From NCBI RefSeq assembly GCF_009914755.1, contig NC_060948.1: 64,000 bases of DNA, one strand, 5' to 3'. Within the stretch, counting starts at the first letter, position 1. Each line of letters opens with the position of its first letter. This DNA comes from the human T2T-CHM13v2.0 reference genome, Homo sapiens. Positions 14,906-29,076 of the stretch are shown in pieces. The notes under the pieces were generated by a model that was given only the letters and a program-made list of their open reading frames with translations, was not told where the DNA came from and did not search any database. Position numbers and translations under genes: made by a program.

Positions 14906-17900
14906 GGCCTGGAATAAAGTGGAATGCTACGGTCTCGAATGGAATAAAAATGTATGGAATGGAATGCAATGAAACGGAATCGAATGTCATAGAATGTAAT
15001 GGAATGCAAAAAAATGGAATCCAAAATCATTGACTGGAAAGGCTGGGTGTCGAAAGGAATTGACTCCAATGGAATGGAATCGAATGGAATGGAAGTGAAT
15101 AGAATCGAACTAAATCGAATGGAATGGAATTGATAGCAACGGAATGGAAAGGAATGCAATGATTTGGCATGGAATGGAATCGAATGGCATCGAATGGAAT
15201 GGAATGGAATGCAATGGAATGGAATGTATTAGAATGTAATGAACTTTAATGGAATGTACTCGAATGGATTCGACTGGAATGGAATGTTCTGGAAGTGAAT
15301 GGACTCCAATGGAATGGATTCAAAAGGAATGGAATCGTACGGAATGGAATCTAATGGAATGGAATTAAATGGAAATGAATCAAATTGAATGGCACGGAAT
15401 TGAATTGAATGGAATGGAATGCAATGGAATCTAATGAAACGGAAAGGAAAGGAATGGAATGGAATGGAATGGGCTGGAATGGAAAGGAATCGAAACGAAT
15501 GGAATGGAATCGAACTGAAGAGACTGGAATGGAATGCACTGGAATGGAAGGGAGTGTAATGGAAGGTTCTCGAAAAAAATGGAATCGAATGGAATGGAAT
15601 TGAATGGAACGGAATAGAGTCGAATGGAATTGAATGGAATGGAATGGACTAGAGTGAAATGGAATCGAACCACAAGGAATGGAGAGGAATAGAATGGTCT
15701 CGAATTGAATGGAATCGTATGGAATGGCATCAAACGGAATGGAATGGACAGCCACGGAATGGAATGCACTCGAATGCAATGGAGTCGAAACTAATGGACT
15801 GGAATAGAATGGACTCGACTGGTACGGACTCCAATGGAATGGAATCGAATGGAAGGGAATCGAACGGAATGGACTCGAAGGGAAAAGACTGCAATGGAAA
15901 GGTCTCGAATGGAATGGAAATCAATGGAATGGAATGGAATCGAATGAAATGGAGTCAAAAGCAATGGAATCGAATGGCAAGAAATCGAATGTAATGGAAT
16001 CGCAAGGAATTGATGTGAACGGAACGGAATGGAATGGAATCCAAAGGAATGGAATAGAATGGAATGGAATCGAATGGAAAGGACTCGAATGGAAATCACT
16101 CGAATAGAATGCAATTTAATAAAATAGGATCAAATGTAATGGAATGGAATGGAAAGGAATCGAAACGAAAGGAATGGAGACAGATGGAATGGAATGGAAC
16201 AGAGAGCAATGGTATAGAAAGGAATGGAATCATCTGGAATGGAATTGAATGGAATGGAATAATATGAAATGGAATGGAATGGAATGGAATGCCCTTGAAT
16301 TAAATGGACTGGAATGGAATGGACTCGAACAGAGTGGAATGGAAAGTGTTGAGATAGAATGGAATGGACTCGTTTGGAATGGTCTAGTAGGCAATGCAAT
16401 CGACTGGCAGGGAATCAAAAGGAATGTAATGGAATGGATTGGACTGGAATGCAATGGACTCGAATAGATTGGAAACGGAATGCAAAGGAATGGAATGGAA
16501 TAGTATGGAATGGAATGGAAAGGAATGGAGTGGAATAGACTAGAGTGGAATGGAATGGACTCGAAAGCAATGGACTGGAATGCAACTTTCTTGAATGGAC
16601 TGGAATCAAACGGAATGGAATGCAATGCAATCAAATGGCATGGAATAAAATAGAATGAAAGAGAATCAAATGGAATTGAATCGAATGGAATCGAATGGAT
16701 TGGAAAGGAATAGAATGGAATGGAATGGAATTGACTCAAATGGAATGGACTAGAATGGAATGGATTCGAATGGAAGGCAAAGGAATGGAATCTATTGGAA
16801 TGGACTGTAATGGAATGGAATGGAAGGGATTGGAATGGACTCGAATGGAATGGACTGCAATAGAAAGGATTCGAATGGAATGAAAAAGAATTGAATGGAA
16901 TAGAACAGAATGGAATCAAATCGAATGAAATGGAATGGAATAGAAAGGAATGGAATGAAATGGAATGGAAAGGATTCGAATGGAATGCAATCGAATGGAA
17001 TGGAATCGAACGGAATGGAATAAAATGGAAGAAAACTGGCAAGAAATGGAATCGAAATGAATGGAGTGTTATGGAACGGACTCAAAAGGAATTGAATGTA
17101 ATAGAATGGAGTGGAGTGGACTCGAATATAATGGACTGGAATGGAATGAAATCACATGGAATGGGAACGAATGGAATGGAATGGAAAGGAATGGAATCGA
17201 ATGGAAAGGAATCGAATGGAAGGGAATGAAATTGAATCAACAGGAATGGAAGGGAGTAGAATAGACGGTAATGGAATGGGCTCGAATAGAATGGACACGA
17301 ATGCTCAAATTGAATGCACTCGAATGGAATGGAAATGAAAGGAATGTCATCGAATGGAATTGAATCGATTGGAATGAAATTGCATAGAATGGAATGGAAT
17401 CAAATGGAATTGATTCGAAAGGAAAGGAAGCGAATGGACTGAAATGAAATGGAATGGAGTTGAATGGAAAGTTATGTAATGGAATAGAATGGAACGAAAT
17501 TTCACGGAATGGAATCAAACTGAATGGAATCAAATCAATGGAATCAAATCAAATGGAATGGAAAGGAATTGAATGGAGTAGATTGGATTGGATGGGATTG
17601 GAATGAAATGTACTGGAAAGGACTCGAATTTCACGAAACGGAATGGAATGAATTGGAACGGAACGGACTCGAATGGAATGGAATGTCATGGAATGGCATC
17701 AAATGGAATGGCATCAAATGGAATGGAATCGAATGCAATGGAATGCTATGGAATGGAATGGAATGCATTGGAATGGAATGTCCTCTAATGGAATGGATTC
17801 GAGTGGAATGGAATCGAATATAATGGAGTCGAATGAAATGGAATTGAAAGGAATGGGATCGAATAGAATGGAATATACTGGAATGTAATGTAATGAACTC

Positions 17901-18449
17901 GAATGTAATTGACTGGAATGGAATGTACATGAATGGAATGTAATCGAATGGAAAGTAATCCAATGGAATAGAATCTAATGCAATAAAATCGACTCAGATA
18001 GAGTAGAATGTAATGGAATGGAGTGCAGTGCAATGGAATGGAATGGAATGGAATGCAATGGAATGGAATGCAATGGAATGGAATGGGATGGAATGGTGTG
18101 GAATGGATAGTAATGGACTGGAGTGAAATGGACTGGAAAGGAATGGACTCAAATTGAAAGGGCTCGAAAGGAATGGAGTCAAATGGAATGGTCTGGAATG
18201 GAATGAACACGAATGTAATGCAATCCAATAGAATGGAATCGAATGGCATGGAATATAAAGAAATGGAATCGAAGAGAATGGAAACAAATGGAATGGAATT
18301 GAATGGAATGGAATTGAATGGAATGGGAACGAATGGAGTGAAATTGTATGCAGTAGAAGAGAATAGAATGGAATGCAAGCGAAAGGAAAGGAATGGATTG
18401 GAATGGAATGGAATTCATTGGAATGGAAGGGAATGTAGTGTAATGGACA
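14906..18449 (+). repeat. DYZ1 unit, 3544 bp
   Basis: GGCC at 14906 and 18450. Confidence 0.9.
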
Positions 18450-21400
18450 GGCCTGGAATAAAGTGGAATGCTACGGTCTCGAATGGAATAAAAATGTATG
18501 GAATGGAATGCAATGAAACGGAATCGAATGTCATAGAATGTAATGGAATGCAAAAAAATGGAATCCAAAATCATTGACTGGAAAGGCTGGGTGTCGAAAG
18601 GAATTGACTCCAATGGAATGGAATCGAATGGAATGGAAGTGAATAGAATCGAATTAAATCGAATGGAATGGAATTGATAGCAACGGAATGGAAAGGAATG
18701 CAATGATTTGGCATGGAATGGAATCGAATGGCATCGAATGGAATGGAATGGAATGCAATGGAATGGAATGTATTAGAATGTAATGAACTTTAATGGAATG
18801 TACTCGAATGGATTCGACTGGAATGGAATGTTCTGGAAGTGAATGGACTCCAATGGAATGGTTTCAAAAGGAATGGAATCGTACGGAATGGAATCTAATG
18901 GAATGGAATTAAATGGAAATGAATCAAATTGAATGGCACGGAATTGAATTGAATGGAATGGAATGCAATGGAATCTAATGAAACGGAAAGGAAAGGAATG
19001 GAATGGAATGGAATGGGCTGGAATGGAAAGGAATCGAAACGAATGGAATGGAATCGAACTGAAGAGACTGGAATGGAATGCACTGGAATGGAAGGGAGTG
19101 TAATGGAAGGTTCTCGAAAAAAATGGAATCGAATGGAATGGAATTGAATGGAACGGAATAGAGTCGAATGGAATTGAATGGAATGGAATGGACTAGAGTG
19201 AAATGGAATCGAACCACAAGGAATGGAGAGGAATAGAATGGTCTCGATTTGAATGGAATCGTATGGAATGGCATCAAACGGAATGGAATGGACAGCCACG
19301 GAATGGAATGCACTCGAATGCAATGGAGTCGAAACTAATGGACTGGAATAGAATGGACTCGACTGGTACGGACTCCAATGGAATGGAATCGAATGGAAGG
19401 GAATCGAACGGAATGGACTCGAAGGGAAAAGACTGCAATGGAAAGGTCTCGAATGGAATGGAAATCAATGGAATGGAATGGAATCGAATGAAATGGAGTC
19501 AAAAGGAATGGAATCGAATGGCAAGAAATCGAATGTAATGGAATCGCAAGGAATTGATGTGAACGGAACGGAATGGAATGGAATCCAAAGGAATGGAATA
19601 GAATGGAATGGAATCGAATGGAAAGGACTCGAATGGAAATCACTCGAATAGAATGCAATTTAATAAAATAGGATCAAATGTAATGGAATGGAATGGAAAG
19701 GAATCGAAACGAAAGGAATGGAGACAGATGGAATGGAATGGAACAGAGAGCAATGGTATAGAAAGGAATGGAATCATCTGGAATGGAATTGAATGGAATG
19801 GAATAATATGAAATGGAATGGAATGGAATGGAATGCCCTTGAATTAAATGGACTGGAATGGAATGGACTCGAACAGAGTGGAATGGAAAGTGTTGAGATA
19901 GAATGGAATGGACTCGTTTGGAATGGTCTAGTAGGCAATGCAATCGACTGGCAGGGAATCAAAAGGAATGTAATGGAATGGATTGGACTGGAATGCAATG
20001 GACTCGAATAGATTGGAAACGGAATGCAAAGGAATGGAATGGAATAGTATGGAATGGAATGGAAAGGAATGGAGTGGAATAGACTAGAGTGGAATGGAAT
20101 GGACTCGAAAGCAATGGACTGGAATGCAACTTTCTTGAATGGACTGGAATCAAACGGAATGGAATGCAATGCAATCAAATGGCATGGAATAAAATAGAAT
20201 GAAAGAGAATCAAATGGAATTGAATCGAATGGAATCGAATGGATTGGAAAGGAATAGAATGGAATGGAATGGAATTGACTCAAATGGAATGGACTAGAAT
20301 GGAATGGATTCGAATGGAAGGCAAAGGAATGGAATCTATTGGAATGGACTGTAATGGAATGGAATGGAAGGGATTGGAATGGACTCGAATGGAATGGACT
20401 GCAATAGAAAGGATTCGAATGGAATGAAAAAGAATTGAATGGAATAGAACAGAATGGAATCAAATCGAATGAAATGGAATGGAATAGAAAGGAATGGAAT
20501 GAAATGGAATGGAAAGGATTCGAATGGAATGCAATCGAATGGAATGGAATCGAACGGAATGGAATAAAATGGAAGAAAACTGGCAAGAAATGGAATCGAA
20601 ATGAATGGAGTGTTATGGAACGGACTCAAAAGGAATTGAATGTAATAGAATGGAGTGGAGTGGACTCGAATATAATGGACTGGAATGGAATGAAATCACA
20701 TGGAATGGGAACGAATGGAATGGAATGGAAAGGAATGGAATCGAATGGAAAGGAATCGAATGGAAGGGAATGAAATTGAATCAACAGGAATGGAAGGGAG
20801 TAGAATAGACGGTAATGGAATGGACTCGAATAGAATGGACACGAATGCTCAAATTGAATGCACTCGAATGGAATGGAAATGAAAGGAATGTCATCGAATG
20901 GAATTGAATCGATTGGAATGAAATTGCATAGAATGGAGTGGAATCAAATGGAATTGAATCGAAAGGAAAGGAAGCGAATGGACTGAAATGAAATGGAATG
21001 GAGTTGAATGGAAAGTTATGTAATGGAATAGAATGGAACGAAATTTCACGGAATGGAATCAAACTGAATGGAATCAAATCAATGGAATCAAATCAAATGG
21101 AATGGAAAGGAATTGAATGGAGTAGATTGGATTGGATGGGATTGGAATGAAATGTACTGGAAAGGACTCGAATTTCACGAAACGGAATGGAATGAATTGG
21201 AACGGAACGGACTCGAATGGAATGGAATGTCATGGAATGGCATCAAATGGAATGGCATCAAATGGAATGGAATCGAATGCAATGGAATGCTATGGAATGG
21301 AATGGAATGCATTGGAATGGAATGTCCTCTAATGGAATGGATTCGAGTGGAATGGAATCGAATATAATGGAGTCGAATGAAATGGAATTGAAAGGAATGG

Positions 21401-21993
21401 GATCGAATACAATGGAATATACTGGAATATAATGTAATGAACTCGAATGTAATTGACTGGAATGGAATGTACATGAATGGAATGTAATCGAATGGAAAGT
21501 AATCCAATGGAATAGAATCTAATGCAATAAAATCGACTCAGATAGAGTAGAATGTAATGGAATGGAGTGCATTGCAATGGAATGGAATGGAATGGAATGC
21601 AATGGAATGGAATGCAATGGAATGGAATGGGATGGAATGGTGTGGAATGGATAGTAATAGACTGGAGTGAAATGGACTGGAAAGGAATGGACTCAAATTG
21701 AAAGGGCTCGAAAGGAATGGAGTCAAATGGAATGGTCTGGAATGGAATGAACACGAATGTAATGCAATCCAATAGAATGGAATCGAATGGCATGGAATAT
21801 AAAGAAATGGATTCGAAGAGAATGGAAACAAATGGAATGGAATTGAATGGAATGGAATTGAATGGAATGGGAACGAATGGAGTGAAATTGTATGCAGTAG
21901 AAGAGAATAGAATGGAATGCAAGCGAAAGGAAAGGAATGGATTGGAATGGAATGGAATTCATTGGAATGGAAGGGAATGTAGTGTAATGGACA
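18450..21993 (+). repeat. DYZ1 unit, 3544 bp
   Basis: GGCC at 18450 and 21994; shares many variants with the preceding unit. Confidence 0.9.
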
Positions 21994-24900
21994 GGCCTGG
22001 AATAAAGTGGAATGCTACGGTCTCGAATGGAATAAAAATGTATGGAATGGAATGCAATGAAACGGAATCGAATGTCATAGAATGTAATGGAATGCAAAAA
22101 AATGGAATCCAAAATCATTGACTGGAAAGGCTGGGTGTCGAAAGGAATTGACTCCAATGGAATGGAATCGAATGGAATGGAAGTGAATAGAATCGAACTA
22201 AATCGAATGGAATGGAATTGATAGGAACGGAATGGAAAGGAATGCAATGATTTGGCATGGAATGGAATCGAATGGCATCGAATGGAATGGAATGGAATGC
22301 AATGGAATGGAATGTATTAGAATGTAATGAACTTTAATGGAATGTACTCGAATGGATTCGACTGGAATGGAATGTTCTGGAAGTGAATGGACTCCAATGG
22401 AATGGATTCAAAAGGAATGGAATCGTACGGAATGGAATCTAATGGAATGGAATTAAATGGAAATGAATCAAATTGAATGGCACGGAATTGAATTGAATGG
22501 AATGGAATGCAATGGAATCTAATGAAACGGAAAGGAAAGGAATGGAATGGAATGGAATGGGCTGGAATGGAAAGGAATCGAAACGAATGCAATGGAATCG
22601 AACTGAAGAGACTGGAATGGAATGCAATGGAATGGAAGGGAGTGTAATGGAAGGTTCTCGAAAAAAATGGAATCGAATGGAATGGAATTGAATGGAACGG
22701 AATAGAGTCGAATGGAATTGAATGGAATGGAATGGACTAGAGTGAAATGGAATCGAACCACAAGGAATGGACAGGAATAGAATGGTCTCGAATTGAATGG
22801 AATCGTATGGAATGGCCTCAAACGGAATGGAATGGACAGCCACGGAATGGAATGCACTCGAATGCAATGGAGTCGAAACTAATGGACTGGAATAGAATGG
22901 ACTCGACTGGTACGGACTCCAATGGAATGGAATCGAATGGAAGGGAATCGAACGGAATGGACTCGAAGGGAAAAGACTGCAATGGAAAGGTCTCGAATGG
23001 AATGGAAATTAATGGAATGGAATGGAATCGAATGCAATGGAGTCAAAAGGAATGGAATCGAATGGCAAGAAATCGAATGTAATGGAATCGCAAGGAATTG
23101 ATGTGAACGGAACGGAATGGAATGGAATCCAAAGGAATGGAATAGAATGGAATGGAATCGAATGGAAAGGACTCGAATGGAAATCACTCGAATAGAATGC
23201 AATTTAATAAAATAGGATCAAATGTAATGGAATGGAATGGAAAGGAATCGAAACGAAAGGAATGGAGACAGATGGAATGGAATGGAACAGAGAGCAATGG
23301 TATAGAATGGAATGGAATCATCTGGAATGGAATTGAATGGAATGGAATAATATGAAATGGAATGGAATGGAATGGAATGGAATGCCCTTGAATTAAATGG
23401 ACTGGAATGGAATGGACTCGAACAGAGTGGAATGGAAAGTGTTGAGATAGAATGGAATGGACTCGTTTGGAATGGTCTAGTAGGCAATGCAATCGACTGG
23501 CAGGGAATCAAAAGGAATATAATGGAATGGATTGGACTGGAATGCAATGGACTCGAATAGATTGGAAACGGAATGCAAAGGAATGGAATGGAATAGTATG
23601 GAATGGAATGGAAAGGAATGGAGTGGAATAGACTAGAGTGGAATGGAATGGACTCGAAAGCAATGGACTGGAATGCAACTTTCTTGAATGGACTGGAATC
23701 AAACGGAATGGAATGCAATGCAATCAAATGGCATGGAATAAAATAGAATGAAAGAGAATCAAATGGAATTGAATCGAATGGAATCGAATGGATTGGAAAG
23801 GAATAGAATGGAATGGAATGGAATTGACTCAAATGGAATGGACTAGAATGGAATGGATTCGAATGGAAGGCAAAGGAATGGAATCTATTGGAATGGACTG
23901 TAATGGAATGGAATGGAAGGGATTGGAATGGACTCGAATGGAATGGACTGCAATAGAAAGGATTCGAATGGAATGAAAAAGAATTGAATGGAATAGAACA
24001 GAATGGAATCAAATCGAATGAAATGGAATGGAATAGAAAGGAATGGAATGAAATGGAATGGAAAGGATTCGAATGGAATGCAATCGAATGGAATGGAATC
24101 GAACGGAATGGAATAAAATGGAAGAAAACTGGCAAGAAATGGAATCGAAATGAATGGAGTGTTATGGAACGGACTCAAAAGGAATTGAATGTAATAGAAT
24201 GGAGTGGAGTGGACTCGAATATAATGGACTGGAATGGAATGAAATCACATGGAATGGGAACGAATGGAATGGAATGGAAAGGAATGGAATCGAATGGAAA
24301 GGAATCGAATGGAAGGGAATGAAATTGAATCAACAGGAATGGAAGGGAGTAGAATAGACGGTAATGGAATGGACTGGAATAGAATGGACACGAATGCTCA
24401 AATTGAATGCACTCGAATGGAATGGAAACGAAAGGAATGTCATCGAATGGAATTGAATCGATTGGAATGAAATTGCATAGAATGGAGTGGAATCAAATGG
24501 AATTGAATCGAAAGGAAAGGAAGCGAATGGACTGAAATGAAATGGACTGGAATTGAATAGAAAGTTATGTAATGGAATAGAATGGAACGAAATTTCACGG
24601 AATGGAATCAAACTGAATGGAATCAAATCAATGGAATCAAATCAAATGGAATGGAAAGGAATTGAATGGAGTAGATTGGATTGGATGGGATTGGAATGAA
24701 ATATACTGGAAAGGACTCGAATTTCATGAAACGGAATGGAATGAATTGGAACGGAACGGACTCGAATGGAATGGAATGTCATGGAATGGCATCAAATGGA
24801 ATGGCATCAAATGGAATGGAATCGAATGCAATGGAATGCTATGGAATGGAATGGAATGCATTGGAATGGAATGTCCTCTAATGGAATGGATTCGAGTGGA

Positions 24901-25542
24901 ATGGAATCGAATATAATGGAGTCGAATGAAATGGAATTGAAAGGAATGGGATCGAAAAGAATGGAATATACTGGAATGTAATGTAATGAACTCGAATGTA
25001 ATTGACTGGAATGGAATGTACATGAATGGAATGTAATCGAATGGAAAGTAATCCAATGGAATAGAATCTAATGCAATAAAATCGACTCAGATAGAGTAGA
25101 ATGTAATGGAATGGAGTGCAGTGCAATGGAATGGAATGGAATGGAATGCAATGGAATGGAATGCAATGGAATGGAATGGGATGGAATGGTGTGGAATGGA
25201 TAGTAATGGACTGGAGTGAAATGGACTGGAAAGGAATGGACTCAAATTGAAAGGGCTCGAAAGGAATGGAGTCAAATGGAATGGTCTGGAATGGAATGAA
25301 CACGAATGTAATGCAATCCAATAGAATGGAATCGAATGGCATGGAATATAAAGAAATGGAATCGAAGAGAATGGAAACAAATGGAATGGAATTGAATGGA
25401 ATGGAATTGAATGGAATGGGAACGAATGGAGTGAAATTGTATGCAGTAGAAGAGAATAGAATGGAATGCAAGCGAAAGGAAAGGAATGGATTGGAATGGA
25501 ATGGAATTCATTGGAATGGAAGGGAATGTAGTGTAATGGACA
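21994..25542 (+). repeat. DYZ1 unit, 3549 bp, with an extra private HaeIII site
   Basis: GGCC at 21994 and 25543; GGCATCA>GGCCTCA creates GGCC at 22814. Confidence 0.9.
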
Positions 25543-28500
25543 GGCCTGGAATAAAGTGGAATGCTACGGTCTCGAATGGAATAAAAATGTATGGAATGGA
25601 ATGCAATGAAACGGAATCGAATGTCATAGAATGTAATGGAATGCAAAAAAATGGAATCCAAAATCATTGACTGGAAAGGCTGGGTGTCGAAAGGAATTGA
25701 CTCCAATGGAATGGAATCGAATGGAATGGAAGTGAATAGAATCGAACTAAATCGAATGGAATGGAATTGATAGGAACGGAATGGAAAGGAATGCAATGAT
25801 TTGGCATGGAATGGAATCGAATGGCATCGAATGGAATGGAATGGAATGCAATGGAATGGAATGTAATGAACTTTAATGGAATGTACTCGAATGGATTCGA
25901 CTGGAATGGAATGTTCTGGAAGTGAATGGACTCCAATGGAATGGATTCAAAAGGAATGGAATCGTACGGAATGGAATCTAATGGAATGGAATTAAATGGA
26001 AATGAAGCAAATTGAATAGCACGGAATTGAATTGAATGGAATGGAATGCAATGGAATCTAATGAAACGGAAAGGAAAGGAATGGAATGGAATGGAATGGG
26101 CTGGAATGGAAAGGAATCGAAACGAATGGAATGGAATCGAACTGAAGAGACTGGAATGGAATGCACTGGAATGGAAGGGAGTGTAATGGAAGGTTCTCGA
26201 AAAAAATGGAATCGAATGGAATGGAATTGAATGGAACGGAATAGAGTCGAATGGAATTGAATGGAATGGAATGGACTAGAGTGAAATGGAATCGAACCAC
26301 AAGGAATGGACAGGAATAGAATGGTCTCGAATTGAATGGAATCGTATGGAATGGCATCAAACGGAATGGAATGGACAGCCACGGAATGGAATGCACTCGA
26401 ATGCAATGGAGTCGAAACTAATGGACTGGAATAGAATGGACTCGACTGGTACGGACTCCAATGGAATGGAATCGAATGGAAGGGAATCGAACGGAATGGA
26501 CTCGAAGGGAAAAGACTGCAATGGAAAGGTCTCGAATGGAATGGAAATTAATGGAATGGAATGGAATCGAATGAAATGGAGTCAAAAGGAATGGAATCAA
26601 ATGGCAAGAAATCGAATGTAATGGAATCGCCAGGAATTGATGTGAACGGAACGGAATGGAATGGAATCCAAAGGAATGGAATAGAATGGAATGGAATCGA
26701 ATGGAAAGGACTCGAATGGAAATCACTCGAATAGAATGCAATTTAATAAAATAGGATCAAATGTAATGGAATGGAATGGAAAGGAATCGAAACGAAAGGA
26801 ATGGAGACAGATGGAATGGAATGGAACAGAGAGCAATGGTATAGAATGGAATGGAATCATCTGGAATGGAATTGAATGGAATGGAATAATATGAAATGGA
26901 ATGGAATGGAATGGAATGCCCTTGAATTAAATGGACTGGAATGGAATGGACTCGAACAGAGTGGAATGGAAAGTGTTGAGATAGAATGGAATGGACTCGT
27001 TTGGAATGGTCTAGTAGGCAATGCAATCGACTGGCAGGGAATCAAAAGGAATGTAATGGAATGGATTGGACTGGAATGCAATGGACTCGAATAGATTGGA
27101 AACGGAATGCAAAGGAATGGAATGGAATAGTATGGAATGGAATGGAAAGGAATGGAGTGGAATAGACTAGAGTGGAATGGAATGGACTGGAAAGCAATGG
27201 ACTGGAATGGAACTTTCTTGAATGGACTGGAATCAAACGGAATGGAATGCAATGCAATCAAATGGCATGAAATAAAATAGAATGAAAGAGAATCAAATGG
27301 AATTGAATCGAATGGAATCGAATGGATTGGAAAGGAATAGAATGGAATGGAATGGAATTGACTCAAATGGAATGGACTAGAATGGAATGGATTCGAATGG
27401 AAGGCAAAGGAATGGAATCTATTGGAATGGACTGTAATGGAATGGAATGGAAGGGATTGGAATGGACTCGAATGGAATGGACTGCAATAGAAAGGATTCG
27501 AATGGAATGAAAAAGAATTGAATGGAATAGAACAGAATGGAATCAAATCGAATGAAATGGAATGGAATAGAAAGGAATGGAATGAAATGGAATGGAAAGG
27601 ATTCGAATGGAATGCAATCGAATGGAATGGAATCGAACGGAATGGAATAAAATGGAAGAAAACTGGCAAGAAATGGAATCGAAATGAATGGAGTGTTATG
27701 GAACGGACTCAAAAGGAATTGAATGTAATAGAATGGAGTGGAGTGGACTCGAATATAATGGACTGGAATGGAATGAAATCACATGGAATGGGAACGAATG
27801 GAATGGAATGGAAAGGAATGGAATCGAATGGAAAGGAATCGAATGGAAGGGAATGAAATTGAATCAACAGGAATGGAAGGGAATAGAATAGACGGTAATG
27901 GAATGGACTCGAATAGAATGGACACGAATGCTCAAATTGAATGGACTCGAATGGAATGGAAACGAAAGGAATGTCATCGAATGGAATTGAATCGATTGGA
28001 ATGAAATCGCATAGAATGGAGTGGAATCAAATGGAATTGAATCGAAAGGAAAGGAAGCGAATGGACTGAAATGAAATGGAATGGAATTGAATGGAAAGTT
28101 ATGTAATAGAATAGAATGGAACGAAATTTCTCGAAATGGAAACAAACTGAATGGAATCAAATCAATGGAATCAAATCAAATGGAATGGAAAGGAATTGAA
28201 TGGAGTAGATTGGATTGGATGGGATTGGAATGAAATGTACTGGAAAGGACTCGAATTTCATGAAACGGAATGCAATGAATTGGAACGGAACGGACTCGAA
28301 TGGAATGGAATGTCATGGAATGGCATCAAATGGAATGGCATCAAATGGAATGGAATCGAATGCAATGGAATGCTATGGAATGGAATGGAATGCATTGGAA
28401 TGGAATGTCCTCTAATGGAATGGATTCGAGTGGAATGGAATCGAATATAATGGAGTCGAATGAAATGGAATTGAAAGGAATGGGATCGAATACAATGGAA

Positions 28501-29076
28501 TATACTGGAATGTAATGTAATGAACTCGAATGTAATTGACTGGAATGGAATGTACATGAATGGAATGTAATTGAATGGAAAGTAATCCAATGGAATAGAA
28601 TCTAATGCAATAAAATCGTCTCAAATAGAGTAGAATGTAATGGAATGGAGTGCAGTGCAATGGAATGGAATGGAATGGAATGGAATGGAATGGAATGGAA
28701 TGGAATGGAATGGGATGGAATGGTATGGAATGGATAGTAATGGACTGGAGTGAAATGGACTGGAAAGGAATGGACTCAAATTGAAAGGGCTCGAAAGGAA
28801 TGGAGTCAAATGGAATGGTCTGGAATGGAATGAACACGAATGTAATGCAATCCAATAGAATGGAATCGAATGGCATGGAATATAAAGAAATGGAATCGAA
28901 GAGAATGGAAACAAATGGAATGGAATTGAATGGAATGGAATTGAATGGAATGGGAACGAATGGAGTGAAATTGTATGCAGTAGAAGGGAATAGAATGGAA
29001 TGCAAGCGAAAGGAAAGGAATGGATTGGAATGGAATGGAATTCATTGGAATGGAAGGGAATGTAGTGTAATGGACA
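25543..29076 (+). repeat. DYZ1 unit, 3534 bp
   Basis: GGCC at 25543 and 29077; 10-bp deletion (TATTAGAATG) near 25863. Confidence 0.9.
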
